DNA from: an uncultured Clostridia bacterium
GTDB taxonomy: Bacteria; Bacillota; Clostridia; Christensenellales; UBA1242
Length of the DNA stretch: 64,000 nucleotides
Direction: 5' to 3'
NCBI GenBank assembly: GCA_944351415.1
Contig: CALVPQ010000004.1
Coordinates: 86-64,085 of the forward strand
Under the pieces are notes generated by a model. The model searched no databases, was not told the DNA's origin, and worked only from the letters and a program-made list of their open reading frames with translations. Position 1 is the stretch's first letter. Each line of letters begins with the position of its first letter. Made by a program: the position numbers and the translations under genes. This document shows, in pieces, positions 37,205 through 49,500 of this stretch.

Positions 37205-39386
37205 ATATTTCTATTGCCTTATTAATATTATCTGGCACTTCTCTATGTTGCAACTTTGTTGCTTTTAATATAAATTGGCAAGTGATAATTTTTTGCCTTT
37301 TTAAGGTAAAAATATGGTTATTTAATTTATAAGTTAAATCACTAGTATTATATTTGCAGGTATTACAGCTACTATACAGGTGCTCTTTGTATGGGCAATG
37401 TTTAAAATACATAAGTTCTGGATAATAATCTTCTAAGCAATATAAATTCACTCCACTATTTTTTATAGTTTCTATATCAAAATCTTCTTTTGATAAAACT
37501 ATGTTTTTATAGCCTTGCTCTGCATAATATTTAACCACATAACTATTAAACACATTCATATTGCTTCCTATAATTATCTTTGATTTTTCACAAAACTCTA
37601 GTGCATAATAATTATTTGCAACAATTCCCCAATTTTTGCAATAAGATATTATATTTTTAAGGACAGTTATCTCATTTTCAACCGCCATAACAGGAAGAGA
37701 AAGATAAACTTCTAAATTTTTATATTTTTCATAAAGTTCTTTTATAGTATTTAAAGTGAAATTATAAGGTTTATAAATTAATAAATAATCATTTATATTA
37801 TCAATATTATCTAGTTTATTAAAATTATCAAAAATTAAAATATTTTTATTTTTATTATTTTTATCAATTATTTCTATATTTTTTTCAATATATTTTGATT
37901 TTTCATTTAATTTATTTATTTTATTATAATTTTCTATTATTTTATTTTTTAATTTTTCAAGTCCAACTCTTCGCAACTCATTTAATTGTGATTTTGTAAG
38001 AAAAATATCTTCTATATCCAACTTTAAAGAATTTAGAGCAAAATAAACCCCCATTTTTGAAAGCTGTTCAAAACAATCATTATAAGTTAAAGGTGATGTT
38101 TTGGCTTGAGGTGCTAAAAATTCACTTTCAATTATGATATTAGAGCCACTAGCGGAGAGTTTTAATTTGACCTTTTCTCCGACCTTTGCAACAAGTAAAG
38201 CATCTACTTTTATTTTCTTTGTTTTATCTAAATATTTTTTTTCAAAATCACTATCAACAACTAATCTTACTTCGCTTTGCTCTGGTATATTAGTGGTTGT
38301 TGTTGCAAGATATAGCTTATCTGATAGTTTTTTTATATCAACCAAAGTGATTATCCCTTGTTCCATGTTATCCTTAAAAAACTTAACGACATCTCCACGT
38401 TCTAGTTTATGACCGGACTGAATAGTTATTTCATTAAATTTTTTACCCTTTTTAAATGTAATCACCTTCCCAATTTCTATACCTATATGATTTTGTGCAT
38501 AAGGATATATAATTTTCTCATCTAAAAAATAACCGTTTATAAAATTTCCACGATTATATACCTTCATTAGCGAATTTATATCATCACTTGTATATTTAAA
38601 GTTATTATCAATCGCCCTTCGGTATATGTTTGTTGAAACTGCAACATAAGCCTCTCGCCTTGCCCTGCCTTCTATTTTAAAACTTGAAACACCGCACTGC
38701 GCAAGTTGTTTTAAAGTTTTTAGCATACAAAAATCTTTTGTGCTTAAAAGATAACCCTGCTTGTTTTTATTATTATTCTCAAGTTCATATTTAAGGCGAC
38801 AAAATTGTTTACACTTTCCCCTATTGCCACTGCTATTTGCAAGCAAAGAGCATAGGTAACAATTCCCTGAAAATGCAACACAAAGTGCACCTTGCACAAA
38901 ATATTCAATCTCAATATTTGAATTTTGGCTTATTCGATTTATTTCGCTCAGTGGTGTTTCCCTTGCAAGCACAACTCTAGAAAAACCTAACCTTTCTATG
39001 GCTTTGACCCCTTCTATATTTTCAATACCCATCTGTGTGCTTGCATGAAGTTCAATATTTGGAAAATGCCATCTTAAAAAATAGCAAAGCCCTATATCTT
39101 GAACAATAAAAGCATCAACACCGACATCTAGTGCAAATTTAACATTTTTTAGAACTTCTTCAAATTCGCTATCTTTAATTAATGTATTTAATGTTAAATA
39201 AACCTTAGTATTATAAAGATGAGCAAATTCTACGGCATCTTTCAAGTTATCTATGGTGAAGTTTTCTATATTTCCCCTTGCGCTATAGCTATTTAAACCT
39301 AAATAAACAGCATTTGCACCATTATATACTGCACATTTTAAACTTTCAAAATTCCCAGCCGGTGATAATAATTCTAAATTTTTCAT
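37203..39386 (-). CDS. peptidase U32 family protein (long form)
   Basis: MKNLELLSPAGNFESLKCAVYNGANAVYLG is the canonical U32 N-terminus. Start set to ATG 39386; the 75-aa upstream extension of the ORF overlaps the divergent lipoprotein gene and is rejected. Confidence 0.85.
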   Translation of the reverse strand: MKNLELLSPAGNFESLKCAVYNGANAVYLGLNSYSARGNIENFTIDNLKDAVEFAHLYNTKVYLTLNTLIKDSEFEEVLKNVKFALDVGVDAFIVQDIGLCYFLRWHFPNIELHASTQMGIENIEGVKAIERLGFSRVVLARETPLSEINRISQNSNIEIEYFVQGALCVAFSGNCYLCSLLANSSGNRGKCKQFCRLKYELENNNKNKQGYLLSTKDFCMLKTLKQLAQCGVSSFKIEGRARREAYVAVSTNIYRRAIDNNFKYTSDDINSLMKVYNRGNFINGYFLDEKIIYPYAQNHIGIEIGKVITFKKGKKFNEITIQSGHKLERGDVVKFFKDNMEQGIITLVDIKKLSDKLYLATTTTNIPEQSEVRLVVDSDFEKKYLDKTKKIKVDALLVAKVGEKVKLKLSASGSNIIIESEFLAPQAKTSPLTYNDCFEQLSKMGVYFALNSLKLDIEDIFLTKSQLNELRRVGLEKLKNKIIENYNKINKLNEKSKYIEKNIEIIDKNNKNKNILIFDNFNKLDNIDNINDYLLIYKPYNFTLNTIKELYEKYKNLEVYLSLPVMAVENEITVLKNIISYCKNWGIVANNYYALEFCEKSKIIIGSNMNVFNSYVVKYYAEQGYKNIVLSKEDFDIETIKNSGVNLYCLEDYYPELMYFKHCPYKEHLYSSCNTCKYNTSDLTYKLNNHIFTLKRQKIITCQFILKATKLQHREVPDNINKAIEI

Positions 39387-39501
39387 ATATACTATAATAA
39401 AACATTTAATATATTTTTTCAAGTAATCAAAGATAGTTATCAATTTTAATTGACAAAATAATCTTTTAATGCTATTCTTTTTATAGTATAGGAGGGAAAA
39501 T

Positions 39502-40506
39502 ATGAAAAAATCTTTAAAAGCTTTAGCTCTTGGTCTTGCCATTGTTCCTTGCGCACTTGTGATGACAGCTTGTGGCGGAGATGGTGAAATTAAAATTGAT
39601 ACCCAGGGCAATTACATTAAAGCGGAAACAACCGAGTATGCAAATGTTCTTACAGACCTTCAAGATAGAGGACTTTCTGTTGAAGATATTGCACGCGGTG
39701 CTAGACTTACGTTAGATGTTGATGCTGATATTAATATGGCTGGGTCAATAATGAATGTTGCTATATCATCTAATAACTACTTTAAAAATAATTCAGAAAA
39801 TGGTGCTTTAGACATTTCAAAGTTCGATGTATTAAGTGAAAATGAAATTGCATTAGATTTGCCTTATTTAGAAGAACCAATATCTGGCAGTGGTATGGCT
39901 AATATGTATATGACTGGTGGAACATTATTTGCTGACCTTACTGGGGTTGAAGATGTTTTTACAGATATTGATTTAGACTTGCCAAGCTTTAAATTTAGCC
40001 AAAGCTTACTAGAAGGAGAAACAGGTGGCGAAACAACAACACCTGAAGACTCTACAACTGAAACACCTAGTTTCAATCTTGTAGACTTGCTTGAATTTTT
40101 CCCTGAAACATCTTATGGCGAAGGATTCTTAATTGAGACAAGCGAAGATGGAGAAGATTATAAAGTTAGAGTTACTCTTAATGGAACTTATATGACAAGT
40201 TATATTAATGGTATGCTTTCTCAAGATGAGGCAGAACCAGATATAGTATTTAACTCAATTGGTGATATTGTTATTTATGCAGTTTGTGATGCTGACGGAC
40301 TTGTTGGATTAAATGTTACAGGTAGTGTTGATGTTACAATAAATATTACCTATGCTGAGGACCAACCTGCTATTCCTATTACAATTTCTGGTGATATGGA
40401 ACTTAGCATGACTGGATATGATGGAAATGTTGATTTCCCAAATGGTCTTAACGCAGAAAACTACCCTGTTTTAGATGAAACAGAAGGTGGAATTTCAGTT
40501 CAATAA
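39502..40506 (+). CDS. lipoprotein of unknown function
   Basis: Signal peptide with lipobox LVMTAC followed by GGDG. GGAGGG SD. Acidic Thr/Glu-rich mature part. Confidence 0.75.
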   Translation: MKKSLKALALGLAIVPCALVMTACGGDGEIKIDTQGNYIKAETTEYANVLTDLQDRGLSVEDIARGARLTLDVDADINMAGSIMNVAISSNNYFKNNSENGALDISKFDVLSENEIALDLPYLEEPISGSGMANMYMTGGTLFADLTGVEDVFTDIDLDLPSFKFSQSLLEGETGGETTTPEDSTTETPSFNLVDLLEFFPETSYGEGFLIETSEDGEDYKVRVTLNGTYMTSYINGMLSQDEAEPDIVFNSIGDIVIYAVCDADGLVGLNVTGSVDVTINITYAEDQPAIPITISGDMELSMTGYDGNVDFPNGLNAENYPVLDETEGGISVQ

Positions 40507-40524
40507 ACTTAAAATTAAACCTAT

Positions 40525-40552
40525 AACATGGACAAAAACGTCCATGTTTTTT
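40525..40552 (+). terminator. intrinsic terminator of the lipoprotein gene
   Basis: AACATGGAC-AAAAAC-GTCCATGTT followed by a T-run. Confidence 0.8.
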
Positions 40553-40705
40553 ATTGATATATCCCTTTATATTTTATGCTTTTTTACTGGTATATCCTTT
40601 AATATTCTATGTTTTTATTGATATGCCATTTGTATGCTGTGTTTTCTATTGGTATGTTCTTTGATAATCTATATTTTTTATTGATATATCTCTTAATATA
40701 ATAAA
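40547..40705 (+). repeat. five degenerate ~32-bp tandem repeats (iteron-like)
   Basis: Units start at 40547, 40580, 40612, 40642 and 40674. Core is TTTTTTATTGATATATCC.TTAATATTCTATG, with TTATTGATAT / TTACTGGTAT / CTATTGGTAT variants. Confidence 0.85.
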
Positions 40706-40768
40706 AAATTGGTAACTTTGGTATTAAAAAATTAAAAATGGGGAAACTCTTTTTTGGAGGAATTATTT

Positions 40769-42019
40769 ATGAATTTTAACCCTTTTTTAGTTAAGCCGAA
40801 AAAAATTGAAAACATAGTTATGAATTTTAAAATGCTTGCACCAAAACCTTATAACATAAATGAAGTTGACCCTTACACTCGTGTGAGATGCATACTTATG
40901 AATGGCACTGAGTATGAAGCTGTGTGGTCAAAACACCATCTTAATAGGCATTGTGGAAATAATGATATAAGGCGAGCTGTTGGTTTTATTAGAAATTGTG
41001 AACAGCAACAACAAAAACTTATCTCCGCCCTAAAACCTGTTGATGAAAATTTATTACAGACAACTTTAGGCTACGAGCAATTGGCTGTGGATTTGACTGC
41101 AATCCTTGCACAAAGACAAACAAATGGTTTTGTTAAAAATGCACTAGACTTTGCCCTTCTTGAAGATTTTGACCATCTTTATAGGTATGCAAATCTTCTT
41201 GAAACTGACATGGGTGAACATGCTGAAAAATATATTGGCTCTTACACAGAAATAATGCCTGGCAGACCGACAGTTGCCCATCATCGTCACCCCTTTGACA
41301 ATATAAAAAAGCCTATAAGTAACATTTCTGCTGACCCAATCACAAAATGTGACGTTTCTATTATCACTGCAGCTGAACAACAGACGATGAATTATTATAT
41401 GAATTTAGGGGCTTTTTATAAAAACCAAAAAGGGCGAGAAATATACAGCGAAATTGCTATGGTTGAAGAAGAACACGTTTCTCAGTATGGTTCGCTTATT
41501 GACCCTTCTATGACTATACTTGATGACCTTTTAATGCACGAATACATTGAATGTTATCTCTATTTTTCTATGTATAATGATGAAATTGATAATCATATTA
41601 AACAAATTTGGGAGATGCTTTTTGAACAAGAGATTTCTCACCTGCATTATACACTTAAACTGGTTCAAAAATATGAGAATAAAGATTGGTTTGATGTGAT
41701 ACCTGGTGGAGATTTCCCAGAACTTATTGCATTTTCACCACAAAAAGAATATGTTAGAAAAGTTCTTGGTGAAACGGTTTGTTTGACATCTAACCTTGAA
41801 AATTATTGTGAAGTTAACAAGCTGTCAGATAATGCACTATTCTTTGAATATCAAAAGAAAGCCATAAAAGATTGCTCAGTTATGCCATCTCATCTTGTGA
41901 TTGAAGAGCATATAAAACAATTTAAAACCGACTATAGATTAGAAGATAAGGAGCACCCCATTAAGAGTTTAAGAAATAGAAAGGAGGATAATATAAATAT
42001 TGGAAGAGAAAAAAAATAA
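40769..42019 (+). CDS. ferritin-like superfamily protein (putative diiron, repeated ExxH motifs)
   Basis: GGAGG 8 nt before ATG 40769. EDFDH, EEEH and EQEISH motifs spaced as in diiron-carboxylate four-helix bundles. No closer family recognised. Confidence 0.5.
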   Translation: MNFNPFLVKPKKIENIVMNFKMLAPKPYNINEVDPYTRVRCILMNGTEYEAVWSKHHLNRHCGNNDIRRAVGFIRNCEQQQQKLISALKPVDENLLQTTLGYEQLAVDLTAILAQRQTNGFVKNALDFALLEDFDHLYRYANLLETDMGEHAEKYIGSYTEIMPGRPTVAHHRHPFDNIKKPISNISADPITKCDVSIITAAEQQTMNYYMNLGAFYKNQKGREIYSEIAMVEEEHVSQYGSLIDPSMTILDDLLMHEYIECYLYFSMYNDEIDNHIKQIWEMLFEQEISHLHYTLKLVQKYENKDWFDVIPGGDFPELIAFSPQKEYVRKVLGETVCLTSNLENYCEVNKLSDNALFFEYQKKAIKDCSVMPSHLVIEEHIKQFKTDYRLEDKEHPIKSLRNRKEDNINIGREKK

Positions 42020-42099
42020 GACTGAATACAGAATGTATTTAGTCTTTTTTATTATAAAAAAAATATTTATCAAAAAAATACAAGGTTAACCTTGTATTT

Positions 42100-43551
42100 T
42101 TAAAATAAAGAAGATAAAAGTCTCATAACAGCTTGAAGCATTTTTGTTATCCATCTCTTTTTCTTAAAAAATTCACTATTTACTTCTTGTGAATTTTTTA
42201 TATCCTCAGCAAAAATATTTTCATAAGCTTTATTTAAGTCTTCAGAATATATAATCATAGTGTCTTCAAAATTTAATCCAAAAGAACGATTATCGGTATT
42301 GCAAGTTCCAATAGAAAGTTTGTTACTATCAACTAAAATAGTTTTACTATGCAAAAAGCCATTATATAAATAGACTTTTACACCTAAATCTGCCACTTCT
42401 TTTAAATAGGATAATGTGGCTAGATATACTGTTTTTTTATCTGGAATATTTGGAACCATAACCCTAACATCAATTCCACTTTTTACAGCTATGCGAAGAG
42501 CGGCAAAGAAAACATCATCTGGAATAAAATATGGGGTTTGGATATACACTCTTTTTTTTGCATTTACAATCATTTTGATAAAGGTTTCTTTTATCTTTTG
42601 AATTTGACTGTCTGGTCCCGATGTTACAAATTGAACTGTGGCATTTCCGCAAATTCTAGGACTTGGGAAATAGCCATTTTCTAAATACAATTTCGGCGGT
42701 GTGTTATCGTTTGTGCAATAACGCCAATCATCTAAGAAACTGTTTTGAAGAGCATAAACACCACTACCTTCTATCCTTATATGAGTATCTCGCCATAGTT
42801 TAATTCTTTTATCAAGTCCAAGATGGTCATCACGTATATTTATACCACCAGTATAACCAATTTTCCCATCAATAACCACTATCTTTCTGTGATTACGGTA
42901 GTTAAGTTTTAAATTAAAGTTTCGTATATGAAATAATGGTGGAAAAAATTCACCCACTTGCCCACCAGCTTTTTTAAGTTTTTTAAAAAAACGTCGTGGT
43001 GCTTTTCTTGAACCTATTGAGTCGTATATTAATTTAACATCAATACCTTCTTTTGCACGTTTGCAAAGAAGCTCCATCACCTGCTTCCCTGTTTTATCGT
43101 CTGCAAAGATATAATACTGAATATTGATAGATTCTCTTGCATTTAAAATATCTTCTTTTAAGGCATCTATTTTATCTTTTCCATTTGTGAATATTTTTAT
43201 ATCATTCCCTGGACTAGGATAGGAGCCAAAAGAATAACATAGTGCCACAAGCTCTTGGTCATCTTTTAAAATGCCATCAAGTTTTGCCTCTTCAAGAGTT
43301 TGTATCCCATCAATATTTCTTATTATATCACGTTCTAAAATTGACTTCTTCTTAATCATTCGACGTGTAGTTACACTTAAGCCACTTCCAAAAACAACAT
43401 ATAAAAGAAAGCCAAATATTGGTAAAAAAGTTAAAACCGTAAGCCAGGCAATAATGTTCTCTGGCTTACGTTTTTCGTAAAACACCATACCTATTGAAAG
43501 GAGAAAATTGATGCATACAATAACTGTGAAACTTATTGTAAACCAATTCAT
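42100..43551 (-). CDS. cls: cardiolipin synthase
   Basis: Two N-terminal TM helices. Two HKD motifs, NHRKIVVIDG and LHSKTILVD. Confidence 0.92.
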   Translation of the reverse strand: MNWFTISFTVIVCINFLLSIGMVFYEKRKPENIIAWLTVLTFLPIFGFLLYVVFGSGLSVTTRRMIKKKSILERDIIRNIDGIQTLEEAKLDGILKDDQELVALCYSFGSYPSPGNDIKIFTNGKDKIDALKEDILNARESINIQYYIFADDKTGKQVMELLCKRAKEGIDVKLIYDSIGSRKAPRRFFKKLKKAGGQVGEFFPPLFHIRNFNLKLNYRNHRKIVVIDGKIGYTGGINIRDDHLGLDKRIKLWRDTHIRIEGSGVYALQNSFLDDWRYCTNDNTPPKLYLENGYFPSPRICGNATVQFVTSGPDSQIQKIKETFIKMIVNAKKRVYIQTPYFIPDDVFFAALRIAVKSGIDVRVMVPNIPDKKTVYLATLSYLKEVADLGVKVYLYNGFLHSKTILVDSNKLSIGTCNTDNRSFGLNFEDTMIIYSEDLNKAYENIFAEDIKNSQEVNSEFFKKKRWITKMLQAVMRLLSSLF

Positions 43552-43594
43552 ATTTCCTCCTTTTAATAATGTATGTTTTTTATATTTTTAACTT

Positions 43595-46500
43595 TTATCC
43601 ATTATAATCGGTATCCCAACTTAAGTTTAGTGTGCCAAGGGTTAGTAAACCAGATGCATCGCTATCGTTATTTATATCCCTATCTGTTCCTGAAACTTTC
43701 ATTCTGATTATAATCTTTATATATTGGTCATAAGTGAATGAATCAAAGAATGTGATTGTTCCTGCTGCGTCTACTTCCGCATTACCAGAAGCACCATCAG
43801 TTGCATCAAGTGTGAAAGTAAAGTAGTTTGTATAATTTGCTATGTCTTGAGGGTTATCTCTGTTAACATCAAGATTGCTATTTGCATATAGTAGACTGAA
43901 AGCATCACCCCAACCAAGCTTTGTAATTGTAGAAGTTCTGCTTCCTTCACCGCCATCTAAGGTTACGAATGGAATAATTTCTAAAGTTGATTCACGTTGA
44001 AGAGCATAGTATTTGCCAGTTACAAAATAGTTCTTAGATACTCTATAGTTGAATGGAGTGTCTGTGCCCTGTCCGCCAAAATCTATACTTACAATATAAT
44101 ATTTTCTTACATTATAGTATTGTCTAGCTTCCAGTAAAGATGCATTTTCAACATAAATAATATCATCTTTAATTGAAGTTATGCTTATTCTGTCTGCATC
44201 AGCAGCTGTCAGGCTTGTGCTACCAGTTTCATTATCAGTAGTTTGTGAACCATCTGTATTATCAGTTTTGTCTTCTACAAGATTTATAGCAAACGTTTCA
44301 CTATCTTCTGGTAGATATACGTTATATTGATAGTATGATGTTGAAACTATTTCTTCATTAATATCATCAGCGGTATTATAAACATAATAGAATGTTGCAT
44401 TTTGGTCACGTGGAATAATCTCTAATTCATCACCAATTTTAATATTTGTTCTTAGGTATTGAGATATAGAAATGTAAACCGTTCTTGCCCAACTATATCC
44501 TGTGTTATTAATATTTACAATAGCTGGAGTATCGTTATAACGTTCTTTCTCGCCGTCGCCATCAGTATCTCTATACAAATACAATTCAAAGTTTGTTAAA
44601 CGGCCACCGCTTACTAAAACTTCAAGCGTATCATTAATAAAACTAAATTCTATACCATCAGAATTTTCAAGGTCTTCGCCACCACTCATTATATCAAATT
44701 CATCAATTAAAGTAAAGGCTTCTCCATCACGGACAGGTGCTTGTTCTTCCTCAAGAATTGATACTTCTCTTGTGATTGTAACGTTTACCTTTAAATCGTA
44801 ATACTCAATTACACCATTGTTATTATATTCAAGTCTAACAACCATCTGAGCATCTGCGGTATTGCTTTCTTCAAATAAATCAGTGTTTTCAATACGTGGA
44901 ACTTGGAAAGGTAGATATTCCTGACCTGCTACAACATTTGGCTGTTCTGCATCGCTTCCTGGATTTCTATAAGGGTCTCTAAGTGCAGTAAGCCCATTGA
45001 AAACAGTCTCTCCGCCACCCACTTCATTTGAACTTGTTATAGTGGCAAGTGTGTAACCCGTTGTTCCACTTCTTGTTTGTATTGTTGTCTGCTGTTCTGT
45101 TGTGTCTGATTCTTCTGTTGAAAGTTGTGTTTCTGTGTCTGTATCTCCAGTTAAAACTGGTGCTTCTGTTGGTTCTATTGGACTATTAATAATTGGGTTG
45201 TCTTCCATATCATAGAACATGATTGAATCTACAGATATATAGTTTAGCATAGGCACTTCAAAATATTCTTCATCTTCTGAAAGATTTGGCCATTTTGCAA
45301 GATTTTCATCAACTTCTATTGTATAGCCACCTTCCTGTTTTGCAACTAATCCACTATCCGTGATTGATGTTGGGTCTGAACTGAATAGATAAGCCTCTAT
45401 GCCTGTGATTTCAATAAGTTCAACTGTGCCATCAACATCTTCTGGTGGATAAGTTTGTGCATTGATATAGTAGCTACTGCTATCATTATTACCGCCTTCT
45501 TCTATTTGAACACTAAGAAGTTCATATTGTGCACCAAAATCAAGATAGCCAAGTTCGGTAAGTGCAATAGTATCCGCATTTATTTCAGGAGGTGAATATG
45601 AAGACTGCAAACTGAAATATAGAATATAAGTGAAACCATAAGGGTCTACTGCTTCAATATAATAGTATTGAGTTCCAAAAATAACTTCTTTTACAGAATT
45701 AAACGTTGTATTTTGACCTTCTCTGAGTGTATAGGTTTTGCTATTTTCATCATATATCCAAACCCTATCATCAGCAGTGCCTTGTATTATTGCATTTAAG
45801 TCTTCGCCTAATTTTTGCCCTACATTTGTTTCATTATTGTATTCAACACCTTCTATTGTTGAACCTGGAACATTCATTGTGATTGTAAAGTTTGAAGTTG
45901 CAAGTTCTACCGATGTGTTTTCACCATTTGTATGTCTTACTGAAACATGACCTTCTTGACCTTCTGTAAGTGAGTCTGAATCTGTTAGTGTGAAGCTTGA
46001 ATATACATTTTGACCATCAACTGTGATAAGGCTGGCAATATTGTATACATTACCCTCGTTTGAAACTACTGCACTATTTGTATCAACTTCTACAATATTT
46101 CCGCCATAAGTTATTTGATAGTCTGGAACTATTTTTACAACAATATAAAATTCTTTTTCATAGCTTACCGAGCTATCTTTTATAGGAACAGAGTATGTGA
46201 GTCTTGTGAGAACAAAATCACCTTGATTATCTGCTCCAAGTGGCAATAACCTATAGTCATAAGCATATTGCCCTGCATTTAGAATAGCAGATGAGAAGAG
46301 ATAGACATATCTATTTGTTCCATCACTATTAGCTTCAATACTGAAGCCCTCGCTTGCAATACCATAAGTTGAAATATATCCATCAAGAATTGCAACTAGC
46401 TCGGTATCATTTTCGTCTATATCTGATACGTTATTTCTGCTTTTATAATTAACACTTTCAAATGTTAAAGTTGCTCTGTCTGCACCAAAGTCACCTTCAA

Positions 46501-49500
46501 TAATATATTCCCCTGTTGTTGGGTGGCGAACACCAAAGAGTTCAACCATGCTTTGTATTTCATAGTTTACTTCAAGTTCAATATAGTTATATAAACTTGA
46601 AATTTCTGCATCTACTGCAATATCAATACTTGGCATAAAATAATAGTTTAATGATAAATCCAAAATATTATTTGTGCTACCATCATCTTTATCAATTCCT
46701 TGTGTTCCATTGCCCTCAGTGTTATTAAATACAGGTATGAAGTTTATTGTATCTTCTATATAATTTTCAAAATCAAAGCCTGATAGTGCAATTCCATAGT
46801 AACTATAAGCAATAGGCTCACCATTTGCTCCACCATATAGAAGTTGGATTCTGTTTGTTAGAGCTATACTTGAGAATATTGATTGATTTGAATCACTATT
46901 TGCAAGTTCTCTAATATCCGCAAATGTTGCATCTTGTGTTGTTATAGTTTCCCCTGCTGTTACTTTGGAGATTATTCCATCTGTTCCAACAGTAAGCATA
47001 TTTTCTTCAAAGAGTAAAACTTCATAGGTTCCAACATAGACAAAATTGCTTCCATCTGTATTTGCCATACTGTAGCCAAGGTCTAAGTTTGCTATTTGCC
47101 CTGAATAACTTGAATCTATATATTGTGGATATGATGCATAGAATTTTATGCTTTCATCTGTGCTATAGCCACTTCTTTCAGCAAATACAACATAATACGA
47201 ACCTTGTGCTGTTACTTCATTGCTAAATATCACACTTGCCATTCTGTTTTGGCTAAATAATCCATCTGTTGAAGTTTTATCAACGTATATTGTTTCGTAA
47301 TTTACAAGTGTTTGGTTGCCACCTTCATCAGAATAAGTTCCGCTTGCAATATTGGCACTTACATAATTTATTTGGGCAACAACAGAATTTGTAAGAATAT
47401 AAACAGTATAGTCACAAGAAACTTCTTGATAAGTTATTCTGAATGTTACATAAGAATCAGTTCCATTATCATTGAATATAATTTCATTGCTACCTGATAC
47501 TGACGTAAAGGTGCCACGTCTAAATGTGATATTTTCATCAAGCCCTATCTCACTGCTTGGCAAGTAGTTCGAATAGCTAGTTACGTTATCTCCATTTATT
47601 TCGCTGTAGACACTTGCATTTGCCATTGAAAGAACTGTGATTGAAAGGTTTTCGTTATTTATTTCGGCTGGTGCGTTATTATATACAGCACTTCCTTCCA
47701 AAATCTCGCCTTGCATAATTGTGATTCTGTTAACATTGCCTTCAGAATTATTAAATGCTGGCTTATGGAATATAAAGTCTGTAAGAATATTTGTAAAGCC
47801 TGTGCCATCATCTATAAATTCTCTTGTTAATTCTTCCCCGTTAGGTGAAGGATAATTTGCTTCTAAAGAAACACTCTTATATACGTTAAATGAGAATGTG
47901 ATTGTGAATGTTTGATATACCACAGCTGATAAGTCTGAATTAGAATTATAGTTAAAGTATAATGAAACAATCATATTTACATCAACACTTGTGTCGCTTG
48001 CAATATAGTCTGTATGAATTGTTGTGCCTTCTATTGATACAAATGCTGGGCTTGAAGATGAGCCATTATATACAACGTTTGTATTGCCATAGCTATATTT
48101 AACACTAAATATACCATCTTCATCTATTATTAAATCTTCTCCTGCAAGAACAACTCCACCGTTTGCACTTGTTCTATATACAACGTTTTGCCCTAGAGTT
48201 AAGTTTGTGGTGAATGTGAAGTTTTGACCGTCATAAATACCACCTCTGAATGTGATTGTGAAACTGAGAGTTATATTATAACTTCTGATAAGGTCAGCAA
48301 CAATAAATGTTGAATTTCCATCAAATACTATAAAGTCTGTGCCATCAAAACCATTTATATCTTGGGTTGAACTTGTTATCGAATCTAGTGTTATAGTATA
48401 ATCACTTCCTGAAAGTGAGGTTTCTTCACCATTAAGTCTGATGTTGAATATATCTGTAAATTCATAAGAGTTTCCACCTGCAAGAGTATTATTATCTACC
48501 TTAACATCATAACTTGCAGTTGCATCTATATTTATTATAAGTGTTGCAAGATAACCTTGTTCTGTGTAGAGTGTGAACTCTATCTGTCTGTCGCTTGATA
48601 TATAATTTGCAAAAGTGATTGTGAATAAACCTTGATTTGCTTGAGATGAATCGTAAGTGAAAGATTCAACTGCTGATTCTACATTCAAGCCTATTTCTTG
48701 ATTTTCAGCACGTTCACCAGTCATTGAAATTTGAAGTATATCCCATACTTCTGTATAGCTTTGGGCAGAACCAGTGATATAACCTTCAAGCAATCTTATA
48801 TCCATAGATAATGTTCTATTATCTGATGATGCAATACTTTCTCTAGTAATATCCCAAGTATAAATTTCATTGTTTGAATCAGTTATAACTGTAGAGTTGC
48901 CTTCTTCAAATCTTACTGAATAATTATAGGTTGTGGTATTAAGAATAAAAGTATAGTATTGTTCGCCACCAATAACCGCTAAATCATCATCTTGAGCACC
49001 ACCTTGATAGCTGTGTTTAATGTTAATTGTGATTTGCTCACTGGTGTAGGCTGTGTAATACATCTGAGAATAGTCATCTGAGAAATAAATTCGTATATAA
49101 TTTGACCAAGTTTCTTCGCTAAAATAAGGGTTTTCACCAACAACAACACTTTCAACTTCATTAACGTAGCTTAAATCAGAGAAAACTCTTGTGCCATTGT
49201 ATATAAAGCTACCTTCACCTGTAATTATTTTGATTGTAAGAATATCGTCTGTTGCAATTTCAAAATTTTCAGTTGAATCAGGAGCTTCAGCTGCTTCCAA
49301 AGCTTCAGCAAAAACTTCTTCTAAATCAATAATTCTTTCATCTTCTGAAATGGTGACAAATTGAGCATCTGTTTTGAGTTCGCCATTGCTGTTATATAAA
49401 GCAAACCATACCTGCATTTCACTGTCTGGGATTACTTGAAGCTCTGTTATAGTGGTTTGAACTGTGTTTATTTCAGTTTCATTATACCTTATTTCTCCTG

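Noticed and set aside
39387-39611. 75-aa N-terminal extension of the U32 peptidase ORF
   Set aside because: It overlaps the divergent lipoprotein gene start and promoter. The canonical U32 N-terminus (MKNLELLSPAGN) begins at ATG 39386.
40547-40705. CRISPR array
   Set aside because: The repeats are contiguous and degenerate with no unique spacers, they are AT-only, and no cas genes are nearby.
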